Shown here piece after piece: positions 31,483 to 39,145 of a DNA stretch of 64,000 nt; the stretch's first letter is position 1, and every line of letters starts with the position of its first letter. A program made the translations under genes and the position numbers. The stretch is taken from contig BOKZ01000001.1 in assembly GCA_016861245.1 (NCBI GenBank), positions 280,962-344,961 on the forward strand, written 5' to 3'. The notes below the pieces were generated by a model, which saw nothing but the letters and a program-made list of their open reading frames with translations, had not been told where the DNA came from and did no database searches. The stretch is from Patescibacteria group bacterium. GTDB lineage: Bacteria; Patescibacteriota; UBA1384; 2-12-FULL-50-11.

Positions 31483-31716
31483 TTACTTACCTTCTGGGTC
31501 TTTGGGTGCGAAAAAGTTGATATAAAGAATCGGCAGAATACCGATGGTATTAAACACCAGCATCACTATAAACCAGCCAGTGTGATTATTTTTGGCAGCT
31601 TTCCAAAGTCCGAACCCCTTCCAGATTATCTCCCAAATCACCAGCAGTACCAGAATCACCATTTTGTCGGTGCCGATGTTTAGCCCGTTCACCGCAAATA
31701 TATCTTTAATTTCCAT
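31483..31716 (-). CDS. DUF5652-like small membrane protein
   Basis: IWKGFGLWKAA....WF....NT.GILPILY. Confidence 0.8.
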   Translation of the reverse strand: MEIKDIFAVNGLNIGTDKMVILVLLVIWEIIWKGFGLWKAAKNNHTGWFIVMLVFNTIGILPILYINFFAPKDPEGK

Positions 31717-31825
31717 AGGAATATTCTACTACTGCAATCTAGATTGTCGAGAACAAAACAGCACCGCTATCTAACGTTGCTGTTATTACGAACACTTACA
31801 TCCACCCGAAGGCCTGCGAGTAAAT

Positions 31826-31856
31826 AAAAGCCGCCTTGTTTAAGGCGGCTGTTTTT
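31826..31856. terminator. Bidirectional terminator ending the helicase gene
   Basis: aaaagccgcctt-gttt-aaggcggctgttttt. Confidence 0.75.
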
Positions 31857-31880
31857 GCTTGTAGGGGGAAGCATTGGTGC

Positions 31881-34547
31881 TTACCTTGCGAGCTCTCTTC
31901 GCAAGGCATCAATTGCTTCTGGGGGGTAGTAGTCTCGTTTCTGATTAACTTTGTTATGGTACGTCTTGGGATAGTACCCTAGGCGCACCAATGTGTCGGG
32001 TATGAATGTGCCTCCCTTCATCTTGTGTAGCGAGGTTGCAATCTCACCAACGGTTAACCATCCACTTGGCGCATGGGTGACGACCTCGACTTGAGCCTTT
32101 AGCTCCGCGACGACTATTAATGGGAAGTGAGGCGAGATTTCGCCCGCCTTATTCCTGCGAGGTTGTGCCCAGTTGTTGTATGCTTTTATCCTCCTTGTGG
32201 TCCAACTCACTGTTTGTCCGAGAGCCAGTGCTACTTGCCTGATTGTCAGCCAATTTTCATCAGCTAACGGCGCTTCGTTGGCCCATTGCTGAGCTTTCTG
32301 AAGAGCTTCGGGCGGGTAATGGGTCGCAGCCTTACCGGTAGCGGCCCATCGGATCTCGCTAGCTACTCCCTGTTCAGCGAGGTAGGTTTGTAAGGCATGG
32401 TTGCCTAGGCTTAGCTGCTTGGCAATCTGTCGCGAAGTGAGCCAGTCACCCGCTTCCTTATACGCTTGTTGAATTTCCGTCAGCTTTTGTATTGCTTCAG
32501 CCGGAAAGAACTCAAGTATTTGCTGGTTTGCACGATCTCGGGCCATCTCGCCTTCAATCCCCAGCTCTGCAAGGCGTTCCGTAACCCACCCGAGGCTTTT
32601 AGACAGAGCTGTGGCAAGTTGGGTACGATTCATCCAACCCACTTTTGCCTCTGGTGTTGACTCAAGCTCTTTCCTGAGAATTGCCACACAGTCTGGAGGA
32701 TAGTGCATTGTTAACATGCCCTGATCCGTTCTGCGTAGCTCCCCTTGAATTTGAGCTTTAGTCAACCACCGGATAGCCCAATGAAAGTCCTGACCAACCG
32801 CTTCCGAGATCCTGTTCACCGTAATCCACTCGCCCGCCGGCTTCTCCTTTGCAGCCTGTTCAGACGCTTTTTTAAGTGTGGTTGGCGGATAGTGGATCAT
32901 TGCTCTACCGGAGCCATCTAGTCTAGTTTGTGACTTGAATTTCCCTTTCTCGAGGAAATTCTTTGCCCACGCACTAGACCTTTGAACGTGCTTCGCAACA
33001 TCCGCCGCAGTTACCCAGTCGCCCGATGGGGGTGCTTTTTGGGCGATTTGACGGAGTTCTTCTAGGCATTCAGGCGGAAAGTGGAGTGCTGGCCTTCCTC
33101 TCATGCTGCGCCTTACTTCTCCTCGGCCTTCATTAAGCCGGTTCATAACCCAGACTTCCGTCTTTCTGATTCGCTCACTTATTTGATGAGCAGTCAGCCA
33201 ACCATCGGCCGGATAGCACTCTGGTTGTTGAAGGAGGTCAACGATTGGTACTACGTGCGCGCCGCGCGTGTATACCTGAGGGATATTTGTCCCCACAGAG
33301 CCACTCGGCCCAACGTAAAGTACACCGCCATCGAGCTCTTTTATCTCACTGCGCCTGAAGAACTGAGCGAAGTTCATACTGTAGCCGTAGCCTTCAATCA
33401 GGTAGACGAAGTCAACAACTAGGCAGTAAGCTTTGCCACGACACCGCCTTGCCCCGCGACCCATTACTTGGGTATAACGGAGGCTCGAGCTAGTCGGCGA
33501 AGCCCAGACAACACACTCAGTGGCGGGGGCGTCGAAGCCTTCGCCAATAACTTGAGGTGAAATAAGGACCTGCAACGAGTCGGGGTGGTCTGAAGGAAGT
33601 TTATAGCGAGCGATGCTCCCGTTGGTGACGTAAGCACCCTCAAGCATGCGCGATGCGGACTGGTTGACTGCTAAGCCGACCTTAAAGCCCATTCGCTCTA
33701 AGTGCTTGTAGAGGACGCACGCTTCTTCCAGGACACGGTTAACGACAATGATCGTTTTCATCCCGCTGGGGAGGAAACGGGTGCCCACTTCGTGCGCGAT
33801 GCTGGCGAAAAGATCTGGGTGGTGACGGAGCTCGCGATAGAGCTTTTTACCAACAATCTCGTTACCAGACATTACGTCTCTCGGTAGAATGATCTCCGTA
33901 TCGATGCATAGTCCCATCAAGGGAGAGAGCCATCGCTTTTCGATACATTCCGGGAGAGTAGAGGTTAGGTCGTCAATTACCCTGAAGCCATAGTGCTCCG
34001 GCGAACGAAACGTCCCACTCGCTCGATAGGCGGTGGCGGTTAAGCCAACGACCTTCTCGGGCTGTAGCCAGCGCAAGAGGCTGAGCCTGAGTCTTGTTCC
34101 GATATTGTGAACCTCGTCAACGATGGCGAGGTCAACTTTCGGAACAACTCCGTGGTTTTTTCTTAGCGCATGAAGTGATTGCCATGTTGCGACAATGACT
34201 GGACCTCGAGTGTCCGGGAGGATACTGAAGCGAGTTTCGCCTGTTTCTTCGAAAACGAGGGAGCGCAGTGCTTCCTGATTCTGTTCGATCAGAATGTTCT
34301 TCGTTCCAACGATAAGCATGGCGACGCCTGGCTGGTTGTTGGGGTGAAGCAAACCGTCGATGACGCGCCCCTTCCCGTAGCCAGTAGGTTTTATGATCAG
34401 TGGGTACGGTTCCCCGCACCCGTGCTCTTGCCAGTAGGCCTGCACGGCTCTGACATCATTGAGCTGTGACGAGTTGAGCTCTTCGAGCCCTTCGGTTGAC
34501 AGTATCCCGTCAACGGCAATGTTGCCAGTAACTCCGTGAATTTTCAT
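31881..34547 (-). CDS. SF2 (ResIII/DExH) helicase with 7 C-terminal winged-HTH repeats
   Basis: PTGYGKG, IVDEVH, GLTATA, IGEGFDAP, YTQVMGRGAR; seven ~62-aa repeats W[LVIM][TN]...I[AS]...[HF][YF]P[PAL]. Confidence 0.85.
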   Translation of the reverse strand: MKIHGVTGNIAVDGILSTEGLEELNSSQLNDVRAVQAYWQEHGCGEPYPLIIKPTGYGKGRVIDGLLHPNNQPGVAMLIVGTKNILIEQNQEALRSLVFEETGETRFSILPDTRGPVIVATWQSLHALRKNHGVVPKVDLAIVDEVHNIGTRLRLSLLRWLQPEKVVGLTATAYRASGTFRSPEHYGFRVIDDLTSTLPECIEKRWLSPLMGLCIDTEIILPRDVMSGNEIVGKKLYRELRHHPDLFASIAHEVGTRFLPSGMKTIIVVNRVLEEACVLYKHLERMGFKVGLAVNQSASRMLEGAYVTNGSIARYKLPSDHPDSLQVLISPQVIGEGFDAPATECVVWASPTSSSLRYTQVMGRGARRCRGKAYCLVVDFVYLIEGYGYSMNFAQFFRRSEIKELDGGVLYVGPSGSVGTNIPQVYTRGAHVVPIVDLLQQPECYPADGWLTAHQISERIRKTEVWVMNRLNEGRGEVRRSMRGRPALHFPPECLEELRQIAQKAPPSGDWVTAADVAKHVQRSSAWAKNFLEKGKFKSQTRLDGSGRAMIHYPPTTLKKASEQAAKEKPAGEWITVNRISEAVGQDFHWAIRWLTKAQIQGELRRTDQGMLTMHYPPDCVAILRKELESTPEAKVGWMNRTQLATALSKSLGWVTERLAELGIEGEMARDRANQQILEFFPAEAIQKLTEIQQAYKEAGDWLTSRQIAKQLSLGNHALQTYLAEQGVASEIRWAATGKAATHYPPEALQKAQQWANEAPLADENWLTIRQVALALGQTVSWTTRRIKAYNNWAQPRRNKAGEISPHFPLIVVAELKAQVEVVTHAPSGWLTVGEIATSLHKMKGGTFIPDTLVRLGYYPKTYHNKVNQKRDYYPPEAIDALRRELAR

Positions 34548-34704
34548 AATTTTTCTCTGAATGTTAATGATGCTTTCACTGCAGGCGCAGTAAACGCTGT
34601 TATTTTAATAAAACTAACCTAAAAATTCAATCGTTTGGGGTGGATTTTTTGGGTAAGCTACAGTAGAATGTGCAAGCAATATTCTTGCAAGGAACCTTAC
34701 AATT

Positions 34705-36165
34705 ATGGAACCAGTAGATACAACTCCTGTAGTGGTGCTTGACATCGTCCCTTTGGAGCAAGCTCGGGTGTGGGAGGCCTACTGGGCTAAACCTTCCGAT
34801 TACCAGCTTCGCAACCAGCTCGCCGAGATGAATACCGGCCTCATCGGCTGGACGCTCAATCGCTTTCTGCCAAAAGGTCTTCCCCAGGAATTGGAGGAAG
34901 AGATGAAGCAGGAGGCGTACCTTGGCCTCATCAAGGCCGTCGAAATGTTTGACCCAACAAAGGGTTTTAGGTTCGGCACGTACGCGCCATATTGGATTCG
35001 ACAAGGAGCCGATAGGTTCCTCAAGAACACCAAGAACCCGATTCGGATTCCGGTGCACGTCGGAGAAGTCAGCGGGCACATCTGGAAGGCTGAAAAGTCT
35101 TTCTTCCGTCAAGAAGGCAGGATGCCAACCGACGAAGAACTTGCTACTTTTCTCGGCTTTCCTATTGAAGCAATCACAGAGATAAGGAAGCTCGTCACCC
35201 CAGTTGGTGTAGTTTCTCTCAATCAACGTGCAGGAGGAGGCAGTAACAGTTCAGAACTTGGTGAACTTTTCGCAGACCCAACCGCAGTTAATCCTTTTGA
35301 AGAAGTTGCGCGCTTTGAGGTGCCGGAAGGGGTGAATCTCGAAAAGCTTAGAGAGGCGTTTGAACGCCTCCAAGAGCGTTCACGGGAGATGCTTATCCTC
35401 TCCGCTCGCGATCATACGCTTGAAGAGATTGGGAAGCGCTACAGTATTACGCGTGAACGAGTTCGTCAGGTAATCAAGCGAGGGATTGAAGACATTCGGA
35501 AGGTTTTGGGTATAGACCCGGAGCTACCGATCAGGTCAATTCGCCTCGCTGATCATATTGACGATTCCGCTACGATCGTAGTGCATGGTGTGACACTCAA
35601 CAACTTCGTCCAAAGGATAAAACAAGTCGATGAGGAGGTCAGAAGGTACGGCCGAGCTAAGCTTCGTTTACCCGCATCTGTGCGGACCGTTACTAGAAGA
35701 CAAAAACCTTCCATTACCGGCCAAGGACGGTCGAGGGTAGGAGTTAGTAAAGGACAAAGGCATCAAACGCCAAAGGAAAGGAAGTCGATTGTCGTCCGCG
35801 TCATCTCGACCAAATCACTGCCCCCGGCGTTTACTACTCTTCGTAGGGAAGCTGAACATAGTGTGCCTACACCCCCAGCTAGAGTGCTAGTTACTGAAGA
35901 AGAGTTCGAGGTAGCTTCGGCCGCCTGGAGGCGGTTGAGCTACGGAAAGTGGGGGAACCTAGACTTTCTCCTCGTTGCCGAGGAAGCCAAGCTTCCTCTT
36001 GCGAAAGTCCATTTGATTAGCTGTGCTCTAATCGCCAAGGGTGTTATCCAGCAGGATCGCCCTGGAATGTATCAGCAGGGCTGGCCCAACCTTGCGGTGA
36101 AGCGTAAGGGAGAAATTCAGCTCGAGATCGATCTTGAGCTTAATCAATCGCTGGTAACAGTGTAA
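34705..36165 (+). CDS. Sigma-70 family factor with C-terminal IclR-like wHTH
   Basis: QEAYLGLIKAVEMFDPTKGFRFGTYAPYWIRQ, IRIPVH, HTLEEIG.RYSITRERVRQ; ~210-aa C-terminal extension. Confidence 0.85.
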   Translation: MEPVDTTPVVVLDIVPLEQARVWEAYWAKPSDYQLRNQLAEMNTGLIGWTLNRFLPKGLPQELEEEMKQEAYLGLIKAVEMFDPTKGFRFGTYAPYWIRQGADRFLKNTKNPIRIPVHVGEVSGHIWKAEKSFFRQEGRMPTDEELATFLGFPIEAITEIRKLVTPVGVVSLNQRAGGGSNSSELGELFADPTAVNPFEEVARFEVPEGVNLEKLREAFERLQERSREMLILSARDHTLEEIGKRYSITRERVRQVIKRGIEDIRKVLGIDPELPIRSIRLADHIDDSATIVVHGVTLNNFVQRIKQVDEEVRRYGRAKLRLPASVRTVTRRQKPSITGQGRSRVGVSKGQRHQTPKERKSIVVRVISTKSLPPAFTTLRREAEHSVPTPPARVLVTEEEFEVASAAWRRLSYGKWGNLDFLLVAEEAKLPLAKVHLISCALIAKGVIQQDRPGMYQQGWPNLAVKRKGEIQLEIDLELNQSLVTV

Positions 36166-36181
36166 GCCACACAGCGTGTCC

Positions 36182-36206
36182 GCCCGGCGAAAGCCGGGCT
36201 TTTCTT
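36182..36206 (+). terminator. Intrinsic terminator
   Basis: gcccggc-gaaa-gccgggc-ttttctt. Confidence 0.8.
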
Positions 36207-36262
36207 GACCCTAAAAATGTTTGGCTCTGGAGGTCGGATTCGAACCGACGACCAATCGGTTA

Positions 36263-36779
36263 CACGTACCCACTAGTTTCCTAATGGCGTGGACCATCTC
36301 TTCATCCTCGTGGGATGCGGGGCGTATGGCCTCTGAACCTTCCTATTACTAGGCTTGGCTGCGGATTACCGTGTTCTTGACAGAAAAACAGACGGCTTCC
36401 CGACAATTAACCCCGAGTTTCAACCTCAATCGCTTGAGGAAGCTGCGTAACACCGGCATGTACCTCTCGGTGACAGTTAGCGCAGAGTAGATAACAGTTA
36501 TCTAACTCTTGCTTAACTCGTTCCCAAGAACGTGTGTAGCCATTTTGTCCGATGCCGAATCGTTTTTTTGTCTCATCTTTGTGATGAAATTCTAGTACGT
36601 CGTTACATCGGCAATAGCCACATAACTGGCACTTGCCGCCTAAATATTCAACTGACATGGCTTTAATTTTCCGTCGCCGTTTAGCGACCGCCATCGTTAG
36701 ATACTTGGCTCTGTCGGCGTAAGTTCTTTTATCCGCCATGGTATATATATTAATGATAACCACTTTAGATAATTGTGCC
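36263..36779 (-). ncRNA. Group I intron (IC-like) at tRNA position 35/36
   Basis: Exon ends in U and intron ends in G; P AATTGTCGGGAA, Q AATCCGCAGC, R GTTCAGAGGCCATA, S AAGAGATGGTCC; P9 with GAAA loop; IGS GTTACGCAGC. Confidence 0.92.
36407..36739 (-). CDS. Intron-encoded HNH homing endonuclease
   Basis: CQLCGY..LEFHH..LLCANCHREVH; ATG at 36739 lies inside the intron. Confidence 0.88.
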   Translation of the reverse strand: MADKRTYADRAKYLTMAVAKRRRKIKAMSVEYLGGKCQLCGYCRCNDVLEFHHKDETKKRFGIGQNGYTRSWERVKQELDNCYLLCANCHREVHAGVTQLPQAIEVETRG

Positions 36780-36925
36780 ACAGCCGATCGCTCTACCGCT
36801 GAGCTACTCCAGATCATTATATAAGGTACCTGCATATGGTACCGCAAACCTGTTATGACAGCAAGGATTGCCTTTACACTTCTATCTGTTGTCCGTTACA
36901 GTAATAAAGATATAAGGAGGGGAAA

Positions 36926-37477
36926 ATTCAGACGCTAAAAATTGGTATTTCCGGCTCGGCGGTAGATATATGTTTTCCTGGCGCTGCTGATAAATGCCGA
37001 CAAATGGGTAAATACATCGCTAAACAAGGCGCTGTTTTAGTAACTGGTGACACAACCGGGATGCCGTACGAAGCAGCCAAAGGCGCAAAAGCCGCCGGTG
37101 GATTCACCGTAGGAATTTCTCCTGCGATTTCGTACGTCGAACACGTCCGCAAGTACCAGCTTCCGCATCGCTACACCGATTTTGTAATGTACACCGGCTT
37201 TGGTTACTCCGGTCGAAACTTGCTGTTTGTTCGCTCGACCGACGCGATGATTTTCGTCTGCGGTCGGATCGGCACATTAAACGAGTTTACGATCGCCTTC
37301 GAAGATAAGAAACCGATCGGTGTGTTAACAGAGACTGGTGGAATTACCGAGGAAATTGACCACTTACTTACGGTCGCGAAGCGCGGTCGTAAGAATATCG
37401 TTCTCGATCACGACCCGAAGCGGTTAGTCGAAAAGGTGATGGCGATGGCCAAGGAGAGCTTGAAGGGTCGAGATTAA
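36926..37477 (+). CDS. LOG family protein (TIGR00725-like), probable ATT start
   Basis: KIGISGSA, TG..TGMPYEAAKGA, GRN, GRIGTLNEF; SD taaggagg 5 nt before ATT. Confidence 0.85.
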   Translation: MQTLKIGISGSAVDICFPGAADKCRQMGKYIAKQGAVLVTGDTTGMPYEAAKGAKAAGGFTVGISPAISYVEHVRKYQLPHRYTDFVMYTGFGYSGRNLLFVRSTDAMIFVCGRIGTLNEFTIAFEDKKPIGVLTETGGITEEIDHLLTVAKRGRKNIVLDHDPKRLVEKVMAMAKESLKGRD

Positions 37478-38838
37478 TGCCTAAACTTAGCTTCTTCGGC
37501 GCTGCCGGAGCGGTGACCGGCTCAAATTTTTTAATTGAAACAACAGAGCATAAATACGTCGTCGATTGCGGCCTTTTTCAAGGTTCGCCGAATTTAACAC
37601 AATTTAACGACGACGAATTTAGTTATGAACCGAGCTCTGTTGATGCGCTAATCGTCACGCACGCGCATCTTGATCATATCGGTCGAATCCCAAAGCTTGT
37701 TCGCGACGGTTTTCGCGGCCCAATTTACGCAACTCAGCCGACGATCGAGCTAATGAGTTTAACGCTCAAAGATGCAGTTGAACTAATGGATCACCGCAAT
37801 CAGCGCGACGGCAAACCAGTAATTTACGAGGAAGAAGACGTCCGCCGAACTATGGCGCTCTGCCGAGCTGTGAGCTATAAAACAGTACAACCGCTAAACG
37901 GGAAAGACTCGGTGACATTTTACGATGCCGGGCACATTCTCGGATCCGCTTCTGTGTTGGTTGAGGCCGACGGTAAACAATTCGCTTTTTCGGGTGATGT
38001 CGGTCACGCGCCGAATATTTTACTCCCGCACAGCGAGACTCCACCGACAGCTGACGTAGTAGTTACCGAAGCAACGTACGGCGGCGTTGAGCATAACGAC
38101 GAAACAGATCGCGAGAAGGTACTGCTGGACGCAATCGAGTGGACGATCCAAAACCGTGGCGTGCTGCTCATCCCGGCGTTTGCCATCGAACGTAGCCAAG
38201 AGCTGCTGTATTTGCTTAACGATTTATTCAACACCCGAAAACTTCCGAAAATACCGATTTTCTTTGATAGCCCGTTGGCGATCGAGGCGCTCGAGGTATT
38301 TGAGAAGCACGGGCAACAGTTTTCAGCCCAGGTCAAGGAGGTCGAGAAAAAGGATCCGGAGATTTTTTCGTTCCGGGGTTTGGTGCTAACACCAACAGTT
38401 GAGAACTCAAAGGACATCAACGATCAACCGCCACCGAAAGTAATCATCGCCGGCTCTGGCATGATGGAAGGTGGTCGGATTTTCCATCATCTCAAGCGAT
38501 ACTTATCGCACCGCAATACTCTGTTGTTAGTAATCGGTTACCAAGCAGAAGGGACGCTTGGACGTAGAATTGTTGATGGCGATAAGGAGATAACCATCAA
38601 CGGTGACCGTATTCCTATTAGGGCAACAATTAAGGTGGTCGATATCTTCTCTGGCCACGCCGATAACACCGACATGATCGAATGGGTAAAAAACATAAAG
38701 CCAAATTCTCGGCAGCAAAAAGTTTTTATCGTTCATAGTGATCCTGAGCGCGCTAAAGTGTTCCAGAGTAATCTTGCCGAGGAGTTGCCAGAAGCTGCAA
38801 TTGATATCGCTCAGCTTAACCAAGTTGTTGAGCTTTAA
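37477..38838 (+). CDS. Beta-CASP metallo-beta-lactamase ribonuclease
   Basis: VTGS, THAHLDHIG, AGHILGS, FSGD, PAFAIERSQE, FSGHAD. Confidence 0.92.
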   Translation: MPKLSFFGAAGAVTGSNFLIETTEHKYVVDCGLFQGSPNLTQFNDDEFSYEPSSVDALIVTHAHLDHIGRIPKLVRDGFRGPIYATQPTIELMSLTLKDAVELMDHRNQRDGKPVIYEEEDVRRTMALCRAVSYKTVQPLNGKDSVTFYDAGHILGSASVLVEADGKQFAFSGDVGHAPNILLPHSETPPTADVVVTEATYGGVEHNDETDREKVLLDAIEWTIQNRGVLLIPAFAIERSQELLYLLNDLFNTRKLPKIPIFFDSPLAIEALEVFEKHGQQFSAQVKEVEKKDPEIFSFRGLVLTPTVENSKDINDQPPPKVIIAGSGMMEGGRIFHHLKRYLSHRNTLLLVIGYQAEGTLGRRIVDGDKEITINGDRIPIRATIKVVDIFSGHADNTDMIEWVKNIKPNSRQQKVFIVHSDPERAKVFQSNLAEELPEAAIDIAQLNQVVEL

Positions 38839-38858
38839 TATTTTTTTTATTGCCAATA

Positions 38859-38875
38859 ATACCCAGTGGGGGTAT
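38859..38875. promoter_or_regulatory. CsoR/RcnR-type operator
   Basis: ataccc-agtgg-gggtat, a C/G-tract palindrome just upstream of the CsoR-like gene. Confidence 0.6.
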
Positions 38876-38899
38876 GTTGGGGAAACAAGGGGGTATCTG

Positions 38900-39145
38900 A
38901 TGGGGAAAAGCGAAGAGGAGTATCGCGCGTTGCGTAACAGAATTAGGAGGTTGCTAGGGCAGGTGACTGCCTTAGAAAAGCGGATTCAAGATCGCGATCC
39001 CCTATTGCCGCTTACACAAATTGAGGCGGTTATCGCTGCTGCCAAGGGAATTCAAAAGGAGTTTGTGTATAGCTGGTTATTAGACGAGGCTATCGATCCA
39101 GCTACTAAGCGAAAATTAATCGAGCGACTAATTAAAAGGGGTTAG
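38900..39145 (+). CDS. CsoR/RcnR family repressor-like protein
   Basis: LRNRIRRLLGQV..L...I......LTQIEAV.AA. Confidence 0.75.
   Translation: MGKSEEEYRALRNRIRRLLGQVTALEKRIQDRDPLLPLTQIEAVIAAAKGIQKEFVYSWLLDEAIDPATKRKLIERLIKRG

Larger units (their letters stand above)
36222..36813 (-). tRNA. tRNA-Asn(GTT), split: 5' exon 36813-36780, 3' exon 36262-36222
   Basis: Joined exons give TCTGGAG acceptor, ATCGG-CTGT^TAA-CCGAT anticodon arm, GGTTCGAATCC, G73 and CCA. Confidence 0.92.

Noticed and set aside
31740-31825. Possible riboswitch or sRNA in the intergenic region
   Set aside because: Only a weak hairpin is present and no known consensus was recognised.
36407-36847. 146-aa version of the HNH ORF in the track
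   Set aside because: Its N-terminal part is a translation of the tRNA-Asn 5' exon. The plausible start is ATG 36739 inside the intron.
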